From Macrostomum hystrix (Eukaryota > Animalia > Platyhelminthes), in contig CATNEN010000007.1 of the NCBI GenBank assembly GCA_950097015.1, forward strand, positions 11,904,001 to 11,968,000: a stretch of 64,000 bases of DNA, read 5' to 3'. Shown here in pieces: positions 31,346-44,498 of this stretch (positions are counted from its first letter, which is position 1; each line of letters opens with the position of its first letter). The position numbers were made by a program, and so were the translations under genes. Under the pieces are notes generated by a model, which had not been told where the DNA came from, did not search any database, and worked only from the letters and a program-made list of their open reading frames with translations.

Positions 31346-33286
31346 TTAGAAACGAAAAGGACGAGGAGCAGCCTGGCCAGGGCGAGAGCCAGCAGCTGGT
31401 GGCTGCAGAAGGCCCTGGTTGCTAACTGGTCTCGGAGTGCCGAAGGATCTAATTCCGGCTGCTGGATTCGTGTATGGCGGGCCGAAAGGAGGATTGGAAC
31501 GCGCAGTCTGTGGCGAAAAGTCCGTGCCACGGTTCATATCCGGCCTGTCAGCTCCAGGGCCGCTAGATTCAAAGGAATTACGCCCTGGAACATATCCGCG
31601 TCCAGCAGGCAGCATAGGGCCTCCATATGATTGCTGGAGAGACTCCATAGCGCCACCACCTCTTTCCTCCATGCGTGGTCTTTTCATTTCACCAGCGCTG
31701 TTGGCTGACTCAACAGAATTTCTTTTTCCATATTTGGAGCCTAGCTGTTGTTGCTGCTGCTGCTGCATTTGCTGGAAACGCTGTTGTTGGGGTGGCGGGG
31801 GCTGCTGCTGGTGATGCTGCAAATGCAGAGCATCAACACCCCGTCCTTGATTCGAAAACGACGGATGTTGTTGAATATTAGCGATACTAGGAGCCGGCGC
31901 TCTAGATGCTGGCGATGCGAACGGGTTGGTGAGTTGCTGCTGGGCGGCGACTGGAGCAATGCCAATCGATGGCGAAGGTCCAAAAGGTCTAATCTGTTGC
32001 TTTTGCAACATACTTGGACTCATTCTAGGCTGACCAGGTCCTGGTGGAGGCATCGACTGATATTGAGGATTATTGGGTGCCGAAAATCGAGGTCCAGAAG
32101 AGGAAGCAGATTGAGCCTGCTCGGATCTAGTAAAGTCATTAGCAAACAAGCTAGGAATGTCTCCCTGTTGCTGCCTTGCCGATTGGCTTCCCTGCTTGGC
32201 CGAAGCAGCACCTTTGTGCTGTGAATTTTGTGCAGTGCTAAAGGCGGGCGACGTGGTGCTGTGTCTGGCTTTTTGCATATTCTGTCCTGCAGCACCCTTG
32301 CCACCAGAGCTACCCGCTATGTGCCTTGACGAAGTGTTAGCAGTAGCCCTACCAGCCGAATTAGGTGTGCTAGGTTTGCTTGAAGAATTAGGCGCAGCAG
32401 CTTTGTTAGTGGCTTGGCTAGATTGATTTGCTGGACTAGCCGCAGTGCTAGCAGCTTTTTGTGATGGGCTAGATGCGGCAGCGTTGGCCGCACCGTCGCT
32501 GCCTGCAGAACCATGCCTCGAGTCTAACAGAAACGCGCCTCCAAATAGCAGTTCCTTCTGCTTTATCCATGGGAACATGCTGGCGGGAATAAAAGTAGCG
32601 CCTTCATTGGCGTCCCAGTACTTCTTAAAGTAAGAGCTGGCAATTCCAGAATTCAATTCCCAATTGGCTACTAAGGGACGAGTGTTTGGAATGCCTGTAA
32701 GTGCTTTAAAGGCATCAGAGCGAGTCTTAAATGAAACTACCGCCGTATTCACGTAGGGCTTGTAGCTGATACTGATTACAGAGCCATACTCTTCCGCTTT
32801 TTCCTTCACTTTTTTGTCACTCCAAAACTTCGGTATTTGCTTAATTATGAGTGTGGTGCTGCAAACGGCAACGTGACCATCTCTGATCTTGGGCAGACCA
32901 GGATCACCACTAGTAGTCTCGTGCTTACTCACGCCATTAGCAGTCTCCTTCGAAGGTTGGGACTCCTGAGCAGTAGTTGCTCTTTGTTCAGCCTGTTTCG
33001 CTACAGGCTGCTTAAGGGCTGCATCATTAGATGGCTCCTGTTGTGGCTGACTCTTTGGTTCAGAGGGAGCAGGGTCATTTTTAGTCTCAGAAGCTGCTGG
33101 GTTTCCTTCATTGCTCGACTTGGACATTTGAGCCCCCATCTGCTTAAAAGCATGCTCATTAACGCTACTAAAAAACTGGTTGACTTCCTTTAGACTTGCT
33201 ACTAAGGCATCGCCTTTGGATTCCTTAATACAATCAAGAACCTGATTCAGAAGATGTGGGATTTTGGACGAATTCTCCGTTGCCAT
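31346..33286 (-). CDS. SCAF4/SCAF8-like RRM protein, single coding exon, no CTD-interacting domain
   Basis: 646-aa ORF. GLPKIRDGHVAVCSTTL...EEYGSVISI...RSDAFKAL...WELNSGI...FKKYWDANEGATFIP matches the SCAF4/8 RRM and its flanks. P/Q/S-rich tail. Confidence 0.8.
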   Translation of the reverse strand: MATENSSKIPHLLNQVLDCIKESKGDALVASLKEVNQFFSSVNEHAFKQMGAQMSKSSNEGNPAASETKNDPAPSEPKSQPQQEPSNDAALKQPVAKQAEQRATTAQESQPSKETANGVSKHETTSGDPGLPKIRDGHVAVCSTTLIIKQIPKFWSDKKVKEKAEEYGSVISISYKPYVNTAVVSFKTRSDAFKALTGIPNTRPLVANWELNSGIASSYFKKYWDANEGATFIPASMFPWIKQKELLFGGAFLLDSRHGSAGSDGAANAAASSPSQKAASTAASPANQSSQATNKAAAPNSSSKPSTPNSAGRATANTSSRHIAGSSGGKGAAGQNMQKARHSTTSPAFSTAQNSQHKGAASAKQGSQSARQQQGDIPSLFANDFTRSEQAQSASSSGPRFSAPNNPQYQSMPPPGPGQPRMSPSMLQKQQIRPFGPSPSIGIAPVAAQQQLTNPFASPASRAPAPSIANIQQHPSFSNQGRGVDALHLQHHQQQPPPPQQQRFQQMQQQQQQQLGSKYGKRNSVESANSAGEMKRPRMEERGGGAMESLQQSYGGPMLPAGRGYVPGRNSFESSGPGADRPDMNRGTDFSPQTARSNPPFGPPYTNPAAGIRSFGTPRPVSNQGLLQPPAAGSRPGQAAPRPFRF

Positions 33287-35020
33287 TGGCTGAAATTAAG
33301 GGTAAAGGGGGAAATTGAACTACTAAGATGGCCTATAAAAATTGGGAACAGAAAATTTAAGTTGTTTATGACTTCTCTTGCAAGTTTTTTATTAAGGGCA
33401 AATTTAAATAACTGCGTTTAAAAATAGAGGCGCAAGATTAGAAAACTTTTGGCTTTTACTTTGAAAACTAAAAATACATTTATAATTGTTAAATTTTGGG
33501 GGGAATTTTAAAGGCTTGAAGACAAATTCCTTTGAATAGTGAAGCACAAGGGAAAATGTAAATTAATTTTACTAACAATGGTGAATCAAAACATTTACTT
33601 TCTTGGTAAGCAAATTTAATTAGCTTTGCCAAAAGGATTCCCTTACATATAATTGTTAAAATCATTTAAATTTCAGTCATTATAATTTTTTTACTACAGC
33701 CAGTAGCTCTATGGATATTTTATACACAGCCAGTATATTAAAATAAACAACTTGTCTTTCTTACTTGTAAATACCACTTCATAATATTGAAAAAGATCAG
33801 AACCTACCACTCTATTTTAAGCTACTGAGTACCTGGTATTATTAATATGCCCTGAATGTTATGCCCTAAAGCTTACCTTACTAATCTACTTTTAATTTAA
33901 GCTACATTGTAACTGTCTGACCTATATTAAATTATTAATTCTAACCATTGTGAAATAACCTAATAAAAAAAGATGTAAGGAATTTGTACAGGTTACTTTT
34001 TATTAAACTTTGGTGAGCAATGTGCTTTTAGGTGCACTCAAAGAAATATTTTGGTATGACAATGAGACCCACTATGCTATGGCATATCAAAGAACACTGC
34101 TATAGTTAATTGTGAGCTGCCAGACCAAAAATTCCTTATGATAATATATTACATAGTAAGTGCAAATTTGAAATGGAAAACAAGGTCAAGACTTAAGTGC
34201 ATTTTAAATTGGTAAAGCACTTTGCACTCAAATTTGTTTGGGAAAACCCCTAATTTCATATCCCTAACTGCAGAAGAACAATCTAACTACCTATTGGCAC
34301 TAGACATCAGGGAAACCACTGAAGCACTAGCAAAGTACATTATAGAAATATCTAAAATAATATAACAGCTGCTTTGAAGCTACAAACATTTAAATAATTA
34401 TCAGATTGATGTACTACTGTATTTGACTCATGTTGTCCCTGCATTTTTTCTTTTTTTAAACTCTGTGCTTCCCTTTTCAGTTGAATAAATTTCTTTTTTT
34501 ACAACACTTTGTTTTCTTCTCTACTTGCTTGATTAATCAACTTCTTGAAAAAGAAAGAAATCTGTATCTATAGATAATTTGTGCATTTAAAAAATATATA
34601 ATAAAACATAACCATGTGGGCCTAAGTAAATTTAGACTTTCTTGTAGAAGGTCACTTTTATAGGGAAGGTTATGCCAGAATTTTCACTTGATAACTAGTA
34701 TAATTGCCTTAATAAAACTTTGTTTCCTATTGTTGACAGTTATCCATGTTTCTTACTCTTGCTAACTTAGAATGAAACATCTCTTTTTAGCTTCTTGTTT
34801 AACTTATAAAAACAGCACATTTTTTATTTCATTTTTTCTGCCAATGATTAATAATTCAATTAAATGTAAGTTTAAAAATGATAAAGCAACCCATGCTTTA
34901 TTTATGCAAGAATATTAAATTCCAGGGGTGCATAACATTCCAGTTTGTCTCCAGGGACCAACATATTTCATGGGTTAATCTTTGGGTTAATATATTGGTC
35001 TAAGTCAACTGTGTTATGAG

Positions 35021-35851
35021 CATAGTTGCCACAGGTTGTGAAGAAATTAGTAGCGCAGAAAGGTAAAAATAGCGCAGGTTCACCAAAATGACAAAACGTG
35101 CGATATATATGACCCCCTTTGCTGCCCAGCCCCCCGCCCACGCCCAACTGCTTCTTTCTCTCCCTCTTACTGTCTGTCATCCAGACAATGACAGCAAAAG
35201 GCAGCATAAATTAATGTGCACTGAATAAGAAACCTGTTTATTTTTTAGCAAAAAATTGATTTGTCTCAGAAGGGTTTTAACTATAAAGGGAGGGGGAAGA
35301 AATCCAGACAGAAGACATCCATGGGGTGGGCCTTAATCCTTTTTAGTCTTTGGGTAGAAAAGTGGACGAGGGAGAGATTCACAGCCCAGCCAATAGCAAG
35401 TGAGCTGTGGCGTTTGACTTTAAAGTTGGGGTAAGAGAAGCGTCAAAATAAACATGGGGTTACACCAGGGGTCAGCAATCTAACTGCAACCCCTCCTCCA
35501 GAGACTTCTAGAAATAACGACTGGACCCGCAAGCCGCAAGGCACAGCGATGACTAATGTTTTCCCTGCAAGTTGAGGCCGGCATTTTTAGGGACAGATGG
35601 AAGTGCACAAACTTGTTTACTGCAGCCAGAGACTTCTAGAAGTAACAGCTTTGTTATTTATAGAAGTCTCTGCCCCTCCTCCAATGTACAGTATCAGTCT
35701 GGCGAGAGAAAAAGAATCGCATAAAGCTCAACTTGTGACAGAAATCACACTTCAGTGCAGAATTGGTCATGTTTTGCAAATAGTAGCGCAATAGCGCAGG
35801 CAATTGAGAATAGCGCAGCTGCGCTAAAATAGCGCAGCAGTGGCAACTATG
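35021..35851. mobile_element. hAT-like non-autonomous element, family C
   Basis: TIR CATAGTTGCCAC/GTGGCAACTATG, 8-bp TSD GTTATGAG, subterminal TAGCGCA repeats at both ends. Confidence 0.88.
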
Positions 35852-37817
35852 GTTATGAGCCAGCCTGTTTATCTAGTCAAAATACAAAAAATACTATTTT
35901 GGTTGACATTAAAGCTGTTTGTATTTTTCTTATTGTGCAAGCTTTGTGAAGTATGTGAAGTTTGTGCTATATGTAGCTTTTTTATTATATTCTAGTAGGC
36001 ATTTCCCTAGCTAATGATAGGAAGCACCTATTTACCAACTAATTAAACTAAGCAATGTAAAGTTAAGTTTCTACCAAAAGACACAATTGCTACAATATGG
36101 CATTAAATTGCCAAATTCAGCATTAAATAGAGTTCAGCATTAAACCCAGATCTTTAAGTTACACTCACTGTCAACTAAGCTAGCTCACCATTGGTCTCTA
36201 TATATCAGTACATAAACAGACAACAAAGGACCTAGAGAGAGAACGCTTCTAACAAATCTAGAAAATGTTCTAATTGCTTTGAGAATAAAGAATTCAGCCA
36301 TTCATTAGTTTCTATGCATTGTGTGGTAGCCTAAAGTTTATCTCTCAAACTAATGAATGTCTAACTCACAATTGAAATAATTGATGAACATTCTTAGTGC
36401 CACTATATAATGTGTAGTCTAAATTTAAGGGTTTTTACAGGTAGGCACCTAGGCAGATTGGTGCAGGTAGGCTTTAAGGTGCAGATAAAATACAGATCAA
36501 AAGTAATGCATTCACATATCTATTTAAATGATTATTTTGAAATTAAAATGGAATTTTCAGCTGGTAATTTTTAAATAATATTGTTGTCTATGCTGGTGTT
36601 AAGCTGCATTGACTCACTTAAAACATTCTATAATGATTATGATGATATAATGATATTCAAAAAATTATGATCTATCATTCTATCATATCAATCTTGTTTA
36701 TGTACTATAATACTAAATTTTGAGTAGACTCTGTCTATCTGTCTGTACATTTTTGGTAACTTAGGGACACAGATGGGTCAAACTTAATGAGACTTGCACT
36801 AAAAGCCAAGTAAATAGTTTTGAAATAAGGACAATAGAAAAGGACACTAAACTGCTAATTTTAATTGATTGCATCAGTAATTTTCTCACTGTCATGTGTT
36901 ATAGTAGAGGGCAGGCAGAGTTTAGGTTGAGCAATACTTTCTTTGCCTAGGCCAACTGTCTGAGTGATTTGATTTGATTTGTAAAAAACGTACTTCAATA
37001 CATTTTAATACTACAATACTTCAACATAGCTTTAACTATAAGTAATAGAATGTACAGACTTCAATACAATTAAAATTGTTACACTCTGCAAAGATATTCT
37101 AATTTAAAAGGCTTTCTCAAGGCTTAATTTTAATTTAAAAGGCTTAATTTTGTTGACTTTCTCATCAAAAAGTGGCAGTGGCATTGTGAGGAAGTAAATG
37201 TCTGAACATGTTTCATGTCTGTTCTATAAATCATGTTCTAAATAATGGAAAGAGTTTTTTCTAAATATAAATGGCAACAGTTTTACATTTTATAGAAAAA
37301 TTGTTTTATACTTGGTGTTGAGGCACTTATAGAAAATAGAAATTTGAAATATTATTGTAAATCACAACTATGACCCACTTGCTACTAGTTTACTAACAAC
37401 TTGAACTGATTTGATTCAGAAGCAGATTTTGATACATTGATGGACACTGGAAGAATTCATATTGTAAAAAGGCAAGGATCTTCTAGCTATGAGATTATCC
37501 CAAAGCCACTTTAAGGTTTAGGAAAGGTGCATTTAGATTGAAATAATATGACTGTAAAATTACATGTACACCAAAGCTGCAGACTGTGCATTGATTTGAG
37601 ATCTGATTGAACATTAAAATGAAATTGTAGCATACTGACAAAATCTTCCAGCTCTGGGGAAATTGACCTCTCTGAGGGAAATCTGCTAACAGGAAATGGA
37701 GAACAGTTCACCATATTTTGTCAGTATTCATAGCTTAGTTTTCTCTAATCTGGAATGTTGCTTTCTCTCATTCATGATTTATTTTCCCTTGTCTATGACA
37801 CTGCTTTGTCTTAAGAG

Positions 37818-38085
37818 AGAAGCAAAGCAGAAAGACAAGAAGAGAGACAAAAGGGAAAAAGAAAAAAGACAGAAAAGAAGACAAAAAACAGAGATTAAAA
37901 AAGAAGGACAAAATCAAAGAGTAAAAGAGAGGAAGAAAAACACAGAGAAGAAAAGAAGGCAAGCAGAGAAAGAAGAAAAACAGAGAGAAAGGAGAGACAG
38001 AAGATAAGGAGAAGAAAAGCAAAGAGAAAGAGATGCAATAAAGACAGAGAAAAAGATAAGAAAACCAGGGAGGGTGGAAGAGAAC
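37818..38085. repeat. Purine-rich (A/G) low-complexity tract
   Basis: Composition; produces spurious K/R/E-rich and F/L/S-rich ORFs. Confidence 0.8.
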
Positions 38086-39516
38086 CCTATTGGAGCCAAT
38101 AGGGGTTTTTGCAGACAGCGTCCAGCGCACTTGTGAAAAATTGCCTGCGCGGCTGCGCAGAAAGAAATTCCTGTCCACGCGGCCGCGCCTTGTGTGTGTA
38201 AAGTTGTCGAAGTATGTAGATGTATAACAAACAGTGTGCCCTAGCTTCGCAGTGCCCGAGTGCGAAAAGACAACCTTAGCTGTTCTAATTACAGAAATAC
38301 ACTACGGAGATCAAAAAAGGTCATTTGATATATGCGTCTTTATTTTTTGGAAAATCACCACATACCTGTTCTATCTTTAGAAATACACTACGGAGGTCAA
38401 AAAAGGTCTTTCGACATTTTTTCATGAAATCAATTATTACATTGAGTCAGACTGAATATATATAGCAGTTGTGGATTTGCGCTCTTTTTCTTGAAAACAA
38501 CTGTGCACCTGAGCACCTAGCAGGAGTGTCCTCAGCTTTTCTAAATTCGCTCCATTAGGGGAAGAGAAGAAAGTCAGAGAGAAGAAGAGAAGGGTACTAC
38601 GTTATACTCCTAAGGAGGGTCAGTTTGATTAGATAAAAAGCAGTCTATATCACTTGATAAAAGAAAAGTAAACTGTCAAACTTTTGTTTCTTTTAATTTC
38701 CTGTTTTGAATTAGCAAAGAAAATAATTTTCTTTTAAATAGGGGCCATGGAATATTTTTGTGCTCAAATTGAATATTTTGAGTTTACCTAATTTTAGAGC
38801 CAGTTTTACATTAGATAGAGTCAATGAAACATGTAATATAGTGATTTATTAGATTCCACCCAAGGGGACATAGTCAAGAAGGTGGCAAGTGTATACTGGA
38901 AAAGTTCACAGAAAAAAAAGTTATATGGCAAAAAATTTTGTGCACTAAATGTACACAAAAATAAATTGTGAACCTATAAAAACCTTGCTTGTGACAGTGC
39001 AAACCTTAATGGTCTGCTTTGCAAATCAGATAAAATATTTATAGAAAAGAGTTGCAGTAGGCAATACTTGAGAGACATACAGAACAATTTAAGAAAGTGA
39101 GGTAAGGCCTAAATGCAATTCTTTTATAATTTAATTCTAGTGCAGTTGAAGTAACTGATTGCAGGTTGCAAAAATTGGCCAGGTTACACAAATTAATATT
39201 TAATTCATTTCTTGCATGTCAAAAATGCAAATTATAAATTTTCAAATTTTGTTAAGATCATCATGTGAACTGTATATCAAGTTTTCATCCTTTATTTATG
39301 TTTCATTTCTTTCACATGCTTTGATTTCTATTTATATAGGTAGTGAAATGATGTTTTAAATATTAATTATTGTAAGTGCTTATTCCCATGGTCCCGTGCT
39401 GATAATTTCAATTTTGTCCACATGGATCCATGCCGATAATTTTCTGCTTATCCACATGGCAGCTTATATGAATAGGTCTACTTTCAAGTCCCTACCTATT
39501 CTTCTCTGAGCATAAG

Positions 39517-40654
39517 CATACATGTGCAACCTCCAAAATCTTAGCCGGCCGTGCGACTTAGTTTTTGCTCTATTTATGACTTAGTTTGCTCCCATTTGCT
39601 CTCTTAAACTCTCCCCTTTTTCCTTTTCTTCACGCCTTCCTTTTTTGTCCCTTGGTACCCCCTTTGATTTTTTGCGTTTGGTTGCCATAGTCAGGAAGGT
39701 GGCCTCTGAGGCGGAAAATTCCGGCGCACACAAAGGGTCTCGGAGCACATCGGCGCACAAGCGCGGCGCACACAAAGGGTCTCGGCGCACATTGGCGCAC
39801 AAGTGTGGCGCACACAAAGGGTCTCGGCGCACATTGGCCCATATGCTGCAGTACACACTATAAATTCCTAGAAGTCGTAATTTGTCGTAAATTGCATATT
39901 TGTTATTCTAACGGCATTTTTCAAATATTGAAATTGTTCATAATTTTTGAAATCGTATGATTGAACATCTTGTTGTATCATTGTCGTAACTCGTAAATAT
40001 TTTTCGTATTTCCTGTTTCCCATCAACTGTCCGAACTGTGTTACAACTTACAATTACTGCTTTTGTTTCAATTCAGTTTTTTTCAATATTACATATATTT
40101 AGCCAACACGCCGCAGATGGCTTCCCTTCTGGACGATGCTGCACGCCTATATTTCAAAGGCGACGAAGCGCAGTCTACGTCCACATCCCGACCCACTCTT
40201 TTTTGACCCTATAGGCCGGGCAAAAAAGAAGTATTTGGTCAGCAAGGTGGTCGACGTCCACCACGCAACTTCGAAGCCACACTGCCCGTACATTGCCGGA
40301 TCTGTGAATCTGTGATCTGCGATCTGCGATCTGCGATTTGTGAATGCGATAACCTAACTGTATGATGAACGTATTTTATTTCGTAACATTAATACATCAT
40401 ATAACCCTTAGGTTAACATAGGGTGCTTTTCTGTGTAGGGTCAGGGCTAGGGGTCAGCGCATAGACGGCACACAGATGGCACACAGATGGCGCACAGATG
40501 GCGCACAGACGGCGCACAGATTGTCCCTCCAAAATTTATTCCGGCGCACACTCTGCCACTTTCCTGACTATGGTTTGGTTGATTGGTTTTTGCGACTAAC
40601 CTTGCTTGGCCCTTGTTTCACCCGGCCGGTTCTGCCGGGTGTTGCGCATGTATG
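39517..40654. mobile_element. hAT-like MITE family A, copy 2 (interrupted by family B)
   Basis: TIR CATACATGTGCAAC/GTTGCGCATGTATG with TSD AGCATAAG. Confidence 0.9.
39685..40573. mobile_element. hAT-like MITE family B, long copy
   Basis: TIR CCATAGTCAGGAA(G/A)GTGGC, TSD TTTGGTTG, subterminal GGCGCACA repeats. Inverted copy at 58138. Confidence 0.9.
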
Positions 40655-43600
40655 AGCATAAGGTTTTTGCTTCAGATTCAGAGTATAGTGTATAGTGTAC
40701 AATATCAATGCATAGGCCTAGTGTAAAAGAATAACAATGATGTGTGATAATATGTGTGACAAGTTTCGTGCTGACTAGAATTCTGCTGGTTGACTCATAT
40801 GATTTTCTTTGATAGACTTCTTACTTTTTAAGTCAATACAATTTGAATGAAAACACATAACGATGACATTAATGTTGGTTAATGAATGTGTAGGTTGAAA
40901 TGTAGAACACATTCGTAACACACTGGTAACTTTGTTGATCTATTGGCTTGAGGGTTCAACAAAACGTTCAAACCCGAAAGAGCCTTGTTTCAAAAAACAG
41001 AACCATGTGGATAAAATTGAAATTAACAGCACAGCATATTTATATAAAGAGTTTTAGACCTATTCATACAAGCTGCTATGTGGATAAGCAGAAAATTATT
41101 GGCATGGCTCTGTGTGGATGAAATTGAAATTAACGGCACTGCATATATAAAGAGTTGTAGACCTATTCATACAAGCTGCCGTGTGGATAAGCAGAAAATT
41201 TTCAGCACGGATCCGTGTAGATAAAATTGAAATTATCAGCACAGGACTGTGGGAATAAGCTCTGCCTTAATTATTTGAGATTCAAAATTACCCAACCTGA
41301 TAGATTATTCAGAAAAATGACTTGAACAAATTCAGCTAATGCCCAAAGCGCAGAGTCTGCCTAGTTTATATCTCACTATTATTTCAAGTGATGATCTAAA
41401 ACAGAGTAATAATAATATACTGTCAATAGCAAAAAAGTCCTAACTTATTTTAGCAGCAAAGTTCAAAGTTAAGCTATGCATATTTTAACCCTAACCCTAA
41501 CCCTAAATTTGCGATTTCAAATCATACTTTTCGAACTATTTTAGATAACTCGTTCTAGTTTGTAGTGGCCAACACTAACAGCCAAAACTCTTTGGATTTC
41601 GATAAAATTAGGAAAATATTAATTAAAATTATTACTTAAATATTCAAGTTACACATAAAATTTAAGTAGAGTGCAGCTATTAGGAAAAGTATAGTTATTA
41701 AAAATCTTTCAATAATCGGATTCAACAAAGAAGAATATTCGAGAAGACGGATAATAGTCTCAATAAACTGTTTTATATTAAGAATAAACATTATTCAGGG
41801 ATTTTGAGAATTTAAATTTAGATAAACTTTTTCTAGACTGTTCAAACTATAGCAGCTCATTTAAACAAACGCGTGCTTTTCGTACAAATTTCTAAGAGTA
41901 ACGGAGCCCCATAATTTAATTTTTTTGTTATAAAAAGTTACTTAACAACTGCTGATAAAAAAAAACAAAATAAAAAAATAGAAAGGCTACATGCCTAAAC
42001 CCTTTAAACCCGAAAAATTTTCCTAGCCCATCCTGAGGTAAATGACATCTCGAATCATAAATGCGCAATCATTTCTAATGGGTCGAACTTGGTTAAAACT
42101 GTTGTGGGTCGAACCAAGGACCACTGTAGTATAACACGACGGGAAACTCAAAGATCGTGTAAATTTTTTGAAGGCCGATTTCCTGACAAAAAATACATTG
42201 CGGTCGCGGAGATAGGAAAAAGTCATTTTTTTCAGCATTAATCAACTATTGCTTTTGATCTGGAGCAAGTACAAATCCGTTTATCTTAGTACAGCATGCC
42301 CAACATTAAACTTATCTTGGTAGAACATGCAACTTCTCCCTTTTTGGAAGGACCACTGGAAGTAGTATGAATAATAACCAGTGTTCCTTGAAGCCTAGCT
42401 GTAGTGTCAGCTTGTTTGCCCTTCTATCTCCCGTGTTATTATTCAATACTTATTTTTAGACACCCATGCCAAGCCGGGCTGGACCAGCCGGGGAAGCGGA
42501 CGCCCACCACCCCGTGAGCGCTACCCCTGGGCTACAGTCCCGGCCAATCAGCGAGCGACCCGGCATCACTACCTGTCTACCCTCGGCAAGAAGCTACCCC
42601 GGGGCTCAGAACGGCGGTCGCAAGTCTACTGTGATTTGTCGCCTTGGCTCAAGCTACAGCCTGGCATCCGCCTCTCACCGATCGACCTTAATTTGGGGTT
42701 AACATGACTCTATAAAAGGAAGCGTTTTGCAGTGACTTTTATCGTTCTCCGCAATTCGCCTCACACTGTGAGAAGCACGTGCAACTAGTCCACTTGTTTT
42801 GTCTCTCCCCGCCCGACCACGCTCCGCTTGTTCAGTTAGGTAGCTTTCGGCGCTACGCATCTTGAGAGTGCGCCGCTGACAAGGGTGGTCTAGATAGGCG
42901 CTTGTTGTCGAAGTCAGTGCGTGCTCTCCTCGGAGACTCCGCCGTCAGGCAGAAGGAGTGCCAACCGATAGGATCTGTCGGGGCAGCGCTGAAAGCAGAG
43001 CCTCTCGGGAAGAGTAGGGCGCGGATTAGGCCAGTTTAAGTAAAATTTTTATATCCAAATTGTTAGATCAACCCTCAAACTTGCTTTTCACTGTGAGCGT
43101 GCTATAATTTATTTCCGTGTGAATATCCTCATTCTGTCAGTGTAACTTTTAAATCAAGTACAGCAAGTAAACGAGATTCAAATCAATTCCTATTCTTATC
43201 TGGAATCTTAGCGAGTCACAATTGATTAAATCACTCCCAATCAATTTATTCGAGTCTTCGTGTTCATACTGTGTTATTCTTTTTCATTGGGAGTTTCGCC
43301 GGGCCGGAGGACGACACACGGGTCTCATCGCTTATCTATTCCGCTTCGCTCGCTACCACAGTCTCTCTAACGCTATTTAATTCCAGATTTCCCTGCTGCT
43401 ATTGAGACGATTGGTAGGACACCGACCCCGGTGTGAATAGTGAATACATGTAGTCGCTAGCTTTAAATTCCTCACGCTCCAGCTAGGACATTCATTTTTA
43501 TTACATATCCACCACCTCAGCTTCCGCTTTCTTTTTCTTCAGCTTTAGCTGCCCTTTTTCGCCACTTCGTCCACGAGCTCGATCATTCTCGACAATGCCA

Positions 43601-44498
43601 TAGTGCATGGCTTTTGTGATTTATGTACGTGTAGCACTACGAGTACCTTAAATGTCATGTTTATCTAGCTCCCCCCAGATTGGCCAGATTTCTCCACCCT
43701 AGTCGCTAGCGGGCTGTTACCAGCTGCCTCATGGACCGCTTTTGCTATCTTTTGCCACAAGTGCTTTTCTCCAGTTGACCCCGCGGTGGTTCATGAGCCG
43801 TTCTCCCGCCTACTGTGGCACATACTCTCCGCCACGTTTCAACGCTTTCGAATCTGCTGGAGCGAGATTGCACCCCGCAACCTCGATCGTCTGCACATCA
43901 GCATTATCCTTGCTCTGGACCAACACTCCGCCTTCGCCTGCCTCCGACTCGCTGACCGAGCCAGGAACACATCCGCTTCTCTCCCCATCTTGGTGAGCCT
44001 GCTTATTCTCCCATCTTCCTGCACTGCTCAGCGTATAACCATACATTAGCTTTCATATTTAGATGCGACCTGGTGGACAATGTTATGTTTTGTCTCCCTA
44101 TATAAAAATTTTGAGAGGACATGTCCCCTAATAGTTGGCTATGCCGCTATACACATGAACTAATTCATCCACTTTTACCATTCCGGTGTGCCATTGCAGT
44201 TAAAGAACGCTTTACCACTTTATTTACCTGTTGCTCTATTATTATATACAAGAAAAGACAGATTGAATATAAGAATCAAAACATGGTCAAAAATATACAG
44301 AGGGTCTTGAGGATTTATTTAAAAATTAGAATGCTAATGTACACTATACATTCCAAATCCGAAACGGCTAGTGAAAATACACGAAGAAGCTATGCTAGAA
44401 ATTAAACGTTTCGCATGCCTCTGAACATTGTGTCTACTAAACTAATTTATATGCATTTTAGTTGATTTTTCCAGAATAAGCACTAACGTCGTGCAAGA

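Larger units (their letters stand above)
39372..41266. mobile_element. Mutator(MULE)-like non-autonomous element, outer host of the nested MITEs
   Basis: Imperfect TIRs of about 110 bp (39372-39482 vs about 41157-41266, with a partial extra copy at about 41000-41140). 9-bp TSD TTAATTATT at 39363-39371 and 41267-41275. Confidence 0.75.

Noticed and set aside
41487-41506. Telomeric (CCCTAA)3 here and TTAGGG-like run at 48252-48282
   Set aside because: Too short for a telomere relic; such runs are common in dispersed repeats.
42400-43360. Solo LTR (TGT...ACA ends, internal TATAAAAG at 42711)
   Set aside because: No matching target-site duplication, second copy or internal domain in the window.
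43742-44049. Overlapping short ORFs upstream of CEP72
   Set aside because: No recognisable domain; the CEP72 start is explained by the ATG at 44499.
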